A stretch of 64,000 nt of DNA from an uncultured Acidobacteriota bacterium (GTDB lineage: Bacteria; Acidobacteriota; UBA6911), in contig CAWJKZ010000026.1 in the NCBI GenBank assembly GCA_963843575.1, forward strand, positions 32,001 through 96,000, given 5' to 3'. Positions 19,739 through 28,606 of the stretch are shown one piece after another. The notes under the pieces were generated by a model that did not search any database, was not told the origin of the DNA, and saw nothing but the letters and a program-made list of their open reading frames with translations. A program made the translations under genes and the position numbers. Within the stretch, counting starts at the first letter, position 1; each line of letters begins with the position of its first letter.

Positions 19739-19851
19739 ACAGGCCCGTCCCCTTGAATTCCCGCCCGGCTTCTTTCATCATGGCACGTCGTCGTCAGGGG
19801 CGGCCCGACAGGCCGCGCCCGCTCTCGGGAGGTTCACATTTGGGGGGACGG

Positions 19852-20847
19852 ATGAGATCGTTGCGACATTGCCTCGGTGCAGCGTGCGCGCTTTGCCTAG
19901 TCATGACGGCCGTGTGGCCGAAAGCCCTCGGGGTCGCCTCACCAGCCCGCGCCCAGTTCAACGACGAGCGCAGGCGCGGAGACCTCACCCCGATACCGTT
20001 ACCGGGCGGCGGCGTCGTCGAGTTTCAGACGGTCGAGTCCCAAGACCTGCAGACGGCTCAGCCCTACAGCATCCTGCTGCCCCCTTCCTACGCCAAGTCG
20101 GGGTCGCGCACCTACCCGGTCGTCTATTTTCTGCACGGACTCAACAACGACCAGACGAGCTGGACCGTCGACCGCTACGGGAACATCCAGGACAAGGTGG
20201 AGGCGATGATGCTGTCCGGGAAGATCCCCGAAATCATCATGGTCCACCCGCGCGGCGACAACAGCTTCTACTGCAACTACGCCGACGGCAGCAAGCGGTA
20301 CGAGGATTTCGTCGTCGACGAGCTTGCCAGCTACGTCGAATCCCATTACCGGGCGAAGAAGGGGCGTGAAAACCGGGCGATCGCCGGGACCTCGATGGGC
20401 GGATACGGGGCGCTCAAGATCGCCATGAAATACCCGGAGCGCTACAGCGCCTGTGCCGGGCATTCGCCGATCATCTTCACCGGCAGCAACCCGCTCGACG
20501 TCCCCGAAAACATGAAATCCTCGCGTTACTATCAGTTCTTCGTTTCGATCCTGAAGCCGTTGTTCGGCGAGCCGATCCGCCAGGACCTGTGGGATGCGAA
20601 CAATCCGCTGCTCCTCGCCAAAAAAGCCAACCTGAAGAGCCTGGCGATTTATTTCGACTACGGCACCGAGGACCGGTACATCCAGAGCATACATCTCGAT
20701 GAGGGGGTCAAAGCCCTCGACGCCGCACTCACCCAGGCCGGCGAGGCCCACACGTTTGTGGTCCACCCCGGAGAACCCCACGGGTGGGCGCTGGTTGCGG
20801 CGCACATCGGCGAGTCGTTGCCGTTCCTGTGCCGCGGCTTCAAATAA
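19852..20847 (+). CDS. Secreted alpha/beta-hydrolase esterase (XynC/FrmB-like)
   Basis: Signal peptide; LPPSY, YPVVYFLHG, GTSMGG nucleophile elbow, C-terminal HGW. Confidence 0.85.
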   Translation: MRSLRHCLGAACALCLVMTAVWPKALGVASPARAQFNDERRRGDLTPIPLPGGGVVEFQTVESQDLQTAQPYSILLPPSYAKSGSRTYPVVYFLHGLNNDQTSWTVDRYGNIQDKVEAMMLSGKIPEIIMVHPRGDNSFYCNYADGSKRYEDFVVDELASYVESHYRAKKGRENRAIAGTSMGGYGALKIAMKYPERYSACAGHSPIIFTGSNPLDVPENMKSSRYYQFFVSILKPLFGEPIRQDLWDANNPLLLAKKANLKSLAIYFDYGTEDRYIQSIHLDEGVKALDAALTQAGEAHTFVVHPGEPHGWALVAAHIGESLPFLCRGFK

Positions 20848-20875
20848 CACGACGCGGATTCCCAGGGGGACCGGC

Positions 20876-22285
20876 ATGAAGACCATCATCGAGCCGTTCA
20901 AGATCAAGGTTGTCGAAAAGATCCGGATGACCAGTCTCGAACAGCGAGAGGAGATCTTGCGCCGTGCGGGGCACAACCTGTTCCTCGTCCCCGCGGCCGA
21001 CGTCCTGATCGACCTGCTGACCGACAGCGGTACGGCGGCCATGAGCGCCAGTCAGTGGGCCGCAATCATGGAGGGGGACGAGGCCTACGCCGGCAGCCTC
21101 TCCTGGTACCGGTTCGAGGAGGCCGTGCGCCGGGTTTTCGGCTTTGCCAATGTCATCCCGACGCACCAGGGGCGTGCCGCCGAACGCATCCTGTTTTCCT
21201 CCACCTGCAAGCCGGGCGACGTCGTCCCGAACAACACGCACTTCGACACGACGCGCGCCAACATCGAGTACCGCGGGGCCACCGCGCTCGACCTCGTGAT
21301 CCCGGAAGGAAGGGAGCCCGCGACGCTGCACCCCTTCAAAGGGAACATGGATACGGAGGCGCTGCGGAATACCCTCGAACAGTACGGGCCTCAGCGCATC
21401 CCCCTGGTGATGCTCACCATCACCAACAACTCCGGCGGCGGGCAACCCGTTTCGCTGGAGAACATCCGCGAGGTCAGCCGCATCAGCCACAGCTACGGCG
21501 TCCCGCTCTACCTCGATGCATGCCGTTTCGCCGAGAACGCCTATCTCATCAAACTGCGCGAACCCGGGCAGCACGCGCGCCCCGTCCGGGAAATCGTGCG
21601 CGAAATGTTCTCCTATGCCGACGGCTGCACGATGTCGGCGAAAAAGGACGGGCTGGCCAACATCGGCGGCTTCCTTTGCACCAACAACGCTGGGCTGGCC
21701 GAGCAGGAGAAGGAACTCCTGATCCTGACCGAAGGCTTCCCCACCTACGGGGGAATGGCCGGGCGGGATCTGAACGCGATCGCCGTCGGCCTGGACGAGG
21801 TGCTCGACGAGGACTACCTGAACTACCGCATCGTTTCCACCGACTACCTGGGGAGCCACATTGCCGGGCAGGGAGTGCCCATCGTTCAGCCGCCCGGGGG
21901 GCACGCCGTCTACATCGATGCCAAGGCGATGTTGCCGCACATCCCTCCCAGCCGCTATCCCGGTCAGTCGCTTTGCTGCGAGCTCTACCGCTGGGCCGGC
22001 ATCCGGGCGGTCGAGATCGGGTCGGTCATGTTCGGCAGGCGCGACCCTGAAACGGGCGAAGAGACCCCCGCCGCGATGGAACTGGTCCGGCTCGCCATCC
22101 CGCGCCGCGTCTATACCCAGAGCCACATCGACTACGTGGTCGAGGCGATTCTGGAGCTCTTCGCCCGGTGTGAGCAGTTCCCCGGCTATCGGATCACGCA
22201 CCAGGCCCGCTTCCTGCGACACTTCACCGCCCGCTTCGAGCCGGTGCCGGGCGTCTCCCGCAAAGAGGGCCAGTCCGATGTCTGA
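20876..22285 (+). CDS. tnaA: Tryptophanase
   Basis: EPFKIKVVE, IDLLTDSGT, HQGRAAE, SAKKD (PLP Lys), RLAIPRRVYT; LRHF rather than the TPL-type LRFF. Confidence 0.88.
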   Translation: MKTIIEPFKIKVVEKIRMTSLEQREEILRRAGHNLFLVPAADVLIDLLTDSGTAAMSASQWAAIMEGDEAYAGSLSWYRFEEAVRRVFGFANVIPTHQGRAAERILFSSTCKPGDVVPNNTHFDTTRANIEYRGATALDLVIPEGREPATLHPFKGNMDTEALRNTLEQYGPQRIPLVMLTITNNSGGGQPVSLENIREVSRISHSYGVPLYLDACRFAENAYLIKLREPGQHARPVREIVREMFSYADGCTMSAKKDGLANIGGFLCTNNAGLAEQEKELLILTEGFPTYGGMAGRDLNAIAVGLDEVLDEDYLNYRIVSTDYLGSHIAGQGVPIVQPPGGHAVYIDAKAMLPHIPPSRYPGQSLCCELYRWAGIRAVEIGSVMFGRRDPETGEETPAAMELVRLAIPRRVYTQSHIDYVVEAILELFARCEQFPGYRITHQARFLRHFTARFEPVPGVSRKEGQSDV

Positions 22286-22356
22286 GAGCCCGACCCTCGT
22301 CACGGTGGGTCGGGCACACCGTCACCGGTCGGTCGCGAAGCGCCGCCAGGGCAGCC

Positions 22357-22677
22357 ATGGGATATTTCGAGGACGTTCAGAGAGCCGTCAAACGGATACC
22401 GCGCGGGAAGGTGGCGAGCTACGCCGATGTGGCCAGGGCGGCAGGTCATCCGGGCACGGCCCGGCAGGTCGCCTGGGCCCTCCGTGGAAGCAGCGACCCA
22501 ACCTTGCCATGGCAGCGCGTGATCGGCAGCGGCGGGAAAATTCTCCTGCCGGGCGAGGCGGGCCTGCATCAGCGTCTCCTGCTGGAGCTCGAAGGCGTGG
22601 CGTTCAAGGGGGCGCGGGTCGACGTCGGCAGGTGCGGATTCCGCTTTCGGAGACCCAGCCGGAGCGTCTCATCGTGA
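22357..22677 (+). CDS. atl: Alkyltransferase-like protein (ATL/YbaZ)
   Basis: IPRGKVASYADVA, ARQVAWAL, PWQRV (Trp in place of the MGMT Cys), LELEGV. Confidence 0.88.
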   Translation: MGYFEDVQRAVKRIPRGKVASYADVARAAGHPGTARQVAWALRGSSDPTLPWQRVIGSGGKILLPGEAGLHQRLLLELEGVAFKGARVDVGRCGFRFRRPSRSVSS

Positions 22678-22782
22678 ACGGCGCGACGATTGCGCAAACA
22701 CCAAAGCGTTTTTTCGGACGGGATCGACGCTGAACCAGGCGGACGAAGAACAAAGGCATTGGCCGCGCCCGAGGGGTGTCCT

Positions 22783-23931
22783 GTGGCTGAAACCGACAAT
22801 CCGGCAGCCCTCAGCTTGAGCATCCGGGCCGAGGCCCTCCGGCTCGGCTTCCTCAGCATGGGAGTAGCACCGGCCGGACCGCTCCCGGAGGCCGGCCGGT
22901 TCGACGCGTGGCTGCGCGGCGGGATGCACGGCACGATGGGGTACATGCAACGGCAGGCCGAGAAGCGGAAAAACCCGAGCCTCATCCTGGAGGATGCGCG
23001 CTCCATCCTCGTGCTTGCGCTGAGTTACCACACCGGAGCCGGCCTATCCGGGGATCCGTCGCGAGGTAGGATCAGCCGGTACGGCTGGGGCGACGATTAT
23101 CACGAGGTGGTCGGGGCACGGCTGAAGCAGCTTCGTGAGTTCATCGAACACGCCGCGCCGGGGGCTCGCTGCCTGGAATACGTGGACACCGGCCCGGTCA
23201 TGGAAAAGGTCTGGGGGGCCCAGTCGGCGTTGGGCTGGATCGGAAAGCACTCCAACCTGATCGCGCGTCACGGGGGTTCGTGGTTTTTCATCGGAGTGAT
23301 CCTGACGAACCTGGCACTCTCCGGCGACGCGCCCGAGCCCGATTATTGCGGGATATGCAGCCGCTGCATATCCGCGTGCCCCACGGGCGCGATCGTCGCA
23401 CCTTACGTCGTGGATGCCCGGCTCTGCATTTCCTATCTGACGATCGAGTTGCGCGGCCCCATCCCGCGACCATTGCGCCGGCTGATTGGCAACCGGATCT
23501 TCGGTTGCGACGACTGCCAGGAAGTCTGTCCCTGGAACCGCTTCGCCGTGCACAGCCCCGAGCCCGCTTTCCAGGCGCGCCCGGACAACTGGATGCCGGA
23601 ACTGGCCGCACTTGTCCGCATCAGCCCCGAGGGGTTCGAGCGGAGGTTCAGACACAGCCCCGTGCGCCGGGCGAGGCGGGACGGATTTGTCCGAAACGTG
23701 GCGGTGGCGCTCGGCAATTCGGGGGCGCCCGAGGCGGTGCCGGCGCTGGTTTCGGCTCTGGCGGACGAGAGCGCGCTTGTGCGCGGTCACGCCGCCTGGG
23801 CCCTGGGCCGCACCGCGTCCCCGGAGGCACCCGGCGCCTTACGAGCGGCCAGGGCATCAGAACAGGATCCCGGGGTGCAGGAAGAGATCGACGCGGCGTT
23901 GAATGAAGTCACCCGGTCCCCGCTTTCCTGA
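22783..23931 (+). CDS. queG: Epoxyqueuosine reductase (B12/Fe-S) with HEAT tail
   Basis: ISRYGWGDDYH, VDTGPVMEK, GWIGK, CGICSRCISACPTGA, CISYLTIE, GCDDCQEVCPWN. Confidence 0.93.
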   Translation: MAETDNPAALSLSIRAEALRLGFLSMGVAPAGPLPEAGRFDAWLRGGMHGTMGYMQRQAEKRKNPSLILEDARSILVLALSYHTGAGLSGDPSRGRISRYGWGDDYHEVVGARLKQLREFIEHAAPGARCLEYVDTGPVMEKVWGAQSALGWIGKHSNLIARHGGSWFFIGVILTNLALSGDAPEPDYCGICSRCISACPTGAIVAPYVVDARLCISYLTIELRGPIPRPLRRLIGNRIFGCDDCQEVCPWNRFAVHSPEPAFQARPDNWMPELAALVRISPEGFERRFRHSPVRRARRDGFVRNVAVALGNSGAPEAVPALVSALADESALVRGHAAWALGRTASPEAPGALRAARASEQDPGVQEEIDAALNEVTRSPLS

Positions 23932-23954
23932 ATCGGCTATCGGCGGCGCGCCGG

Positions 23955-24749
23955 TCAGATGGCGATCGGCGCCTTGATGGCCGGGTGCGGGTCGTATCCG
24001 ATCAGCTCGAAGTCCTCATACCTGAAGTCGAAAATGGAAGTGACCGCCGGGTTGAGCCTCATCTGCGGCAGGGGCCGCGGCACCCTGGCGAGCTGGGTGC
24101 GGACCTGGTCGAGGTGATTGATGTACAGGTGGGCGTCCCCGAAGGTGTGCACGAACTCCCCCGCGCCGTATCCCGTCACCTGGCTGATCATCATGGTGAG
24201 CAGCGAGTACGAGGCGATGTTGAAGGGCACGCCGAGGAACAGGTCCGCACTTCTCTGGTACAACTGACAGGACAGCCGGTCTCCGGCAACATAGAACTGG
24301 AAAAGGCAATGACACGGTGGGAGCTTCATCTCGTCGATGCGCGCCACATTCCACGCGCTCACCAGCAGGCGCCGGCTGTCGGGCTTCGCCCTGATGTGTT
24401 CGACGACGCGCGAGATCTGGTCGATCGTCTTGCCGTCGGGGGCGTCCCAGTGCCTCCACTGTGCCCCGTAGACGGGGCCGAGATCCCCGTTCTCGTCGGC
24501 CCATTGGTCCCAGATGCCTACCCCGTTATCCTTCAGGTATTTGATGTTGGTGCTCCCCTGGAGGAACCAGAGAAGTTCGTGTATGACTCCTTTCATGTAG
24601 AGCCGCTTCGTCGTCGTAGCCGGGAATCCCTGGGCCAGATCGAAGCGGAGTTGCCGGCCGAACACGCTGAGCGTACCGGTCCCCGTTCGGTCCGACTTGG
24701 GGACGCCGTTTTCGGCGACATCGCGCAGCAGATCGAGGTAGGGTTGCAT
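23955..24749 (-). CDS. thyA: Thymidylate synthase
   Basis: [42 protein letters not shown]. Confidence 0.97.
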   Translation of the reverse strand: MQPYLDLLRDVAENGVPKSDRTGTGTLSVFGRQLRFDLAQGFPATTTKRLYMKGVIHELLWFLQGSTNIKYLKDNGVGIWDQWADENGDLGPVYGAQWRHWDAPDGKTIDQISRVVEHIRAKPDSRRLLVSAWNVARIDEMKLPPCHCLFQFYVAGDRLSCQLYQRSADLFLGVPFNIASYSLLTMMISQVTGYGAGEFVHTFGDAHLYINHLDQVRTQLARVPRPLPQMRLNPAVTSIFDFRYEDFELIGYDPHPAIKAPIAI

Positions 24750-24799
24750 AGTCGGAGAATGCGCGGTCAGGCCCCCGATTGTCCAGTTTCGGCATCATA

Positions 24800-24970
24800 G
24801 GGCTCGCGCAAGAATAACTTCACATTTTGCTGACGGCTCCCGAGCCAACAGATCCTGCAGCAAGCAACGATAGGAGATTGCTGTCAGCGGAGCCGTCAGC
24901 CCTCCGGGGCGCCTTGCATCTGCCCGCCCGGCGCTCGCGCCAAAATGTGAACTTATTCTTGCGCGAACCC
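24800..24970. mobile_element. MITE, 171 bp, 30-bp terminal inverted repeats, ATA flanking direct repeat
   Basis: GGGCTCGCGCAAGAATAACTTCACATTTTG (24800-24829) versus reverse complement of 24941-24970, 28/30 match; ATA at 24797-24799 and 24971-24973; internal 12-bp IR 24829-24840/24889-24900. Confidence 0.82.
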
Positions 24971-25020
24971 ATAGCTCGCATGCCGAACGTCGCGGATCGC
25001 GACCTGACCCCGGGGGTGTA

Positions 25021-25482
25021 TCAGATCCTCTCCAAGGCCTCGAGTACCTCCTCGGTGTGCCCGTCGACCTTCACCTTGGGGAAGATCTTCTTGATTTTCC
25101 CGTCTTTACCGATGATGAAGGTCGTGCGCTCGATCCCCATCACCTTCTTGCCGTACATGCTTTTTTCCTTGTAGACGCCGTATTGGGTGGCCACGGCCTT
25201 GTTCACATCCGAAAGCAGCGGCATGTTCAGGCCGTATTTGTCGCGGAACTTTGCTTGTTTTTCCACGCTGTCGGCGCTGATACCCACCGCCACCGCGCCC
25301 CTGGCTTCGATCTTGTCCCTGGCATCACGGAACCCGGATGCTTCCCGGGTTCAACCGGGGGTATCGGCCTTCGGGTAGAAAAAGAGAACGACGTTCTTCC
25401 CCTTGAAATCAGAGAGGCTCACCGACTTTCCGTGGTCGTCGGTCGCGGAAAATGCAGGGGCTTTGCCGCCTTCCTGGATCAT
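25021..25482 (-). CDS. bcp: BCP/PrxQ peroxiredoxin, candidate selenoprotein (UGA at the peroxidatic Cys, codon 44)
   Basis: MIQEGGKAPAF...VVLFFYPKADTPG*TREASGFRD continues in frame into ORF 25021-25293 (GISADS...ERTTFIIGKDG); TGA at 25353-25351. Confidence 0.88.
25322..25341 (-). promoter_or_regulatory. Putative bacterial SECIS hairpin for bcp
   Basis: GCATCCGG-GTT-CCG(T)GATGC starts 10 nt after the UGA; bulged U; G-first triloop. Confidence 0.55.
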
Positions 25483-25567
25483 GTTTCCTCCGGGATCGAT
25501 AAAGGAGTGGGGTTACGGCCGGGATTGTATCAGACCGGGGCGGGGAAGTGCAGTCCGGATGACGTGC

Positions 25568-25678
25568 TTACCTGCGTCTGCGCCCGCCCGTGATCAGCCA
25601 CCAGAGGAGAAGCGCGACGCTGCCGAGCCCCACCGCGACGGCGATCCAGACTCCCGCATTGCCGGGTCCCGCAAGCAT
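25568..25678 (-). CDS. Small single-TM peptide (36 aa), below the ORF-track cutoff
   Basis: MLAGPGNAGVWIAVAVGLGSVALLLWWLITGGRRRR*; hydrophobic helix with polybasic tail, same strand as bcp. Confidence 0.5.
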   Translation of the reverse strand: MLAGPGNAGVWIAVAVGLGSVALLLWWLITGGRRRR

Positions 25679-25785
25679 TCCCTGAGCATGCGCCAGCAGG
25701 GGTCTCCTCGGGAAGGGGATTTTACATGGAACCTTGCCCGCGGCAAGCGCGAGTCGCTATGATGCATCGAACGGGCATGAGAAAA

Positions 25786-26898
25786 ATGCTGGATAACGAC
25801 GGGTTCCGGCTGCCCAGGATCAGCCGGCGACGATTCGCCGAGGAGATTGTGGCGGGGCTGGCGACGGTCCCGTCCATTGCAGCTATGCAAGCAGACAATG
25901 GGGCACCCGCCGCCAGGCGGCCTTCCATAACCGACGTAGACGGCATCCTTGTCGGCCACCATACCCTCCGGGACCGGCCGACCGGCTGCACGGTCGTGAC
26001 CTCCGTGGAGCCTCTGGCGGCCGGGGTCGACGTGCGCGGCGGTGCTCCCGGCACCCGCGAGACCGACTTGCTGAGGTCCGAAAACCTCGTCGAGAAGATA
26101 AACGCGGTGTTTCTTTCCGGGGGCAGCGCCTTCGGGCTGGATGTCGCCACCGGGGTTTCGCGTTATCTCGAGGAGCAGGGCCGCGGCTTCGCGGTCGGAA
26201 GCGTAAGGGTTCCCATCGTGTGCGGCGCGATCATCTTTGATCTCGGCCTCGGCGACCCCAAAATCCGCCCCGATGCCCAGGCCGGTTACGAAGCCTGCAG
26301 GGCGGCGGCAGATGGCCCGGTGCCGGAGGGAAATGTCGGGGCCGGTGCCGGCGCGACGGTCGGGAAACTCCTGGGATCCGACAGGGCCATGAAGGCAGGC
26401 CTCGGTTCGTGGTGCCTTGCGCGGCCCGACGGTCTGAAGGTGGGGGCCCTGGTTGCCGTCAACTGCGTCGGGGACGTTGTCGACCCCGCGACCGGGCGGA
26501 TCGTCGCGGGTGCCAGGAAGGCCGACGGGTCAGGATTTGCCGATACAATGGAATTCCTGCGCCGGGGCGAGCCAGCCTCGCCTGTGAGGCAGAACACGGT
26601 GATCGCCGTCGTCGCGACCAATGCACAATTCGGGAAACCGCAGTGCAACAAAGTCGCGCAAATGGCGCAGGACGCGCTGGCCCGGTGCATCTACCCGGCG
26701 CACACGCCCTGGGATGGCGACACCGTGTTCTCCCTTGCGACCGGGGTCTGGCAGAACGGTGGGAAGCCGACCGATGCCGGGCTCGTCGGGGCGCTGGCCG
26801 CCGACACCCTGGCACGCGCGCTGCTCCGCGCCGTGGAGCAGGCACAGTCCTGGAACCAACTCCCGGCCGCGCGGGATTTCGTCCGCCGAACGAAGTGA
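25786..26898 (+). CDS. P1/S58 family peptidase (DmpA-like), possible Tat signal
   Basis: ITDVDGILVGH, TGCTVV, DVRGGAPGTRETDLL, LSGGSAFGL, EGNVGAGAGA, NTVIAVVATNA, HTPWDGD; SRRRF; start uncertain. Confidence 0.85.
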   Translation: MLDNDGFRLPRISRRRFAEEIVAGLATVPSIAAMQADNGAPAARRPSITDVDGILVGHHTLRDRPTGCTVVTSVEPLAAGVDVRGGAPGTRETDLLRSENLVEKINAVFLSGGSAFGLDVATGVSRYLEEQGRGFAVGSVRVPIVCGAIIFDLGLGDPKIRPDAQAGYEACRAAADGPVPEGNVGAGAGATVGKLLGSDRAMKAGLGSWCLARPDGLKVGALVAVNCVGDVVDPATGRIVAGARKADGSGFADTMEFLRRGEPASPVRQNTVIAVVATNAQFGKPQCNKVAQMAQDALARCIYPAHTPWDGDTVFSLATGVWQNGGKPTDAGLVGALAADTLARALLRAVEQAQSWNQLPAARDFVRRTK

Positions 26899-26926
26899 CG
26901 CGGCCCTCCGCGCCGCCGTCCGACGC

Positions 26927-27520
26927 TCAACTCGCCTTGACTTCATGCGGCCAGAGCGGAAGTTCCTGGCTTTGCTTTGGTTCCTGAAAAGCCGCTGGTG
27001 CCTCGAAGGCCTCCGCCACACGGGTTATCGTCTCGAGCGACCGTGCCATCACCTCGGCAGTCGCCCGGGCGATAATGGCGCGATTGAAGGCAGCGTCCAG
27101 CCATCTCGGGTTCTTATACCGCAACTCCCAGATCAGCGCGCATTCCCGGTCCATGGAGGCGATCCGGAAATTGCACTCATAGCTCAGCCCGTGGCGGTTC
27201 CGGCAGATGTAGCTGAACTCGCGGTTGCGAATGCACCGGATCCGGATCTCGTCGGAGATCGTTCCCGCGCCTTGCACGCGCCATTGCTGCGGGACGTGTT
27301 CTCCCCACCGTGCCAGAGTCGTAAACCCGAGTCCCCTCGGGAACCACTGCGGGCGCCGGCACCACTCGGGGATGCGGGCGACGTCCGCGACGACGTCGAA
27401 CACGCGGTTGGCGGGAGCCCGAATCGCGGTGCTGCGAACGATCCGCGTCTGGCGCGCAGCCTCGTTCCGAATGGCAAGATAAGCACCGGCAAGGAACGCA
27501 AGAGATGTCCAGGTGGCCAT
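26927..27520 (-). CDS. SRPBCC (polyketide cyclase/START-like) family protein
   Basis: N-terminal hydrophobic segment then RSTAIRAPANRVFDVVADVARIPEW. Confidence 0.65.
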   Translation of the reverse strand: MATWTSLAFLAGAYLAIRNEAARQTRIVRSTAIRAPANRVFDVVADVARIPEWCRRPQWFPRGLGFTTLARWGEHVPQQWRVQGAGTISDEIRIRCIRNREFSYICRNRHGLSYECNFRIASMDRECALIWELRYKNPRWLDAAFNRAIIARATAEVMARSLETITRVAEAFEAPAAFQEPKQSQELPLWPHEVKAS

Positions 27521-27699
27521 AGTAAGGTGTCCTTACCAGCAAAGACGGTCGCTCGCGGGTTTATTAGCGCAGACCGTCGCTGAATTTTTTCCCCGCACCC
27601 CTGGATTGTCCGGTCCCGGTGGAATCGTCGATGGTCACCGGCTGGCGCGCAGCTGTGGGGCACGCCCGCGCTCGCCCCCGAACCGTCGGCCCTGGTTCG

Positions 27700-27728
27700 T
27701 TGAAACGCGCCGGAGCCGAGGGTATAAT
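27700..27728 (+). promoter_or_regulatory. Sigma70-type promoter for the DUF1573 gene
   Basis: TTGAAA-17 bp-TATAAT. Confidence 0.7.
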
Positions 27729-27772
27729 TCCGCCCGGTGCGGGAAGTCACTCACCATCCACTGGAGTTGCGC

Positions 27773-28486
27773 ATGAGGGTATATGGGATTGGGCTGACGT
27801 TGTTTTTGCTCTCGCTCGGGGCATGGCCCGCGGCGGCGCAGGACCAGGTCCCGGTGCTGGTGTTCGAGAGCCAGACCAAGGACTTCGGGAAGGTTTTGGA
27901 GGGCGCGCCGATCAAGCACGTCTTCAAGTTTGCCAACAAGGGCGGGGCCGTGCTGGAGATCTTTAAGGTCGAAGGTTCCTGAGGGTGCACCGCAGCTTTG
28001 CTGTCAGCAAAGCAAATCCAGCCGGGGCAATCGGGGCAGATCGAGGTTACGGTAAAAACGGAGGGGATAGCGGCGGGGGCCCTCAGCAAGTCGGTCACGG
28101 TGCAGACGAACGACCCGCGTCAACCCCAGGCGGTGTTGACCGTCACGGCCGTCGTCGCCCCGGAGTTCAACCTCTCGGAGCGGTTTCTCTACTTCGGCTC
28201 CGTCCCGAAAGGGAAGGAGGCGACCAGGGAGATCACGATCACGATCCCGGCCGACAACCCCGCGAAGGTCGTGTCGGCGGAGTCCACCGACCAGAGCGTG
28301 ACGGCGCGCCTGGAAACGGTGTCGCTGTCGGGCGAGAAGAAGTACAAGATCGTGGTGACCCAGAAGGCGGATTCAAAAGAGGGGTACCACTTCGGCTTCA
28401 TCGTGGCGAAGACAACGAGCGCCCTCACCCCCGAGCTGAAAATCGCAGTCCGCGGCGTGGTGGCGCCCGCACAGCAGGCCAACTGA
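27773..28486 (+). CDS. Secreted DUF1573-type Ig-like protein, candidate selenoprotein (S-U-G-C-T)
   Basis: Signal peptide, KDFGKVLEG...HVFKFANKGGAVLEIFKVEGS*GCTAALL...IQPGQSGQIEV...KSVTVQTNDP; TGA 27980-27982 joins ORFs 27737-27982 and 27998-28486 in frame. Confidence 0.82.
27995..28013 (+). promoter_or_regulatory. Putative bacterial SECIS hairpin for the DUF1573 gene
   Basis: Perfect 8-bp stem GCTTTGCT-GTC-AGCAAAGC after a 12-nt spacer from the UGA. Confidence 0.6.
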
Positions 28487-28534
28487 TCCCTTCCGCCGTG
28501 CAGGGGGCCGCCGGGAATCTATCTCTCGCATGGA

Positions 28535-28595
28535 TGAGACCTTCGGGTCTTCGGAGTGAGCATAAAGACTTCACCCCGAAGGTCCGAAGGTCTCA
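28535..28595. repeat. Long inverted repeat (REP-like or bidirectional terminator) between convergent genes
   Basis: 25-bp arms TGAGACCTTCGGGTCTTCGGAGTGA / TCACCCCGAAGGTCCGAAGGTCTCA, 22/25 complementary, 11-nt loop. Confidence 0.6.
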
Positions 28596-28606
28596 CAGCA
28601 TTCTCC

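Noticed and set aside
20876-22285. Tyrosine phenol-lyase assignment
   Set aside because: C-terminal LRHF matches tryptophanase rather than the LRFF of TPL
22357-22677. Active O6-methylguanine methyltransferase, or a recoded Cys
   Set aside because: PWQRV has an ordinary TGG Trp, the known ATL signature
24827-25174. 115-aa plus-strand ORF
   Set aside because: Runs through the MITE and antisense to bcp; no coding features
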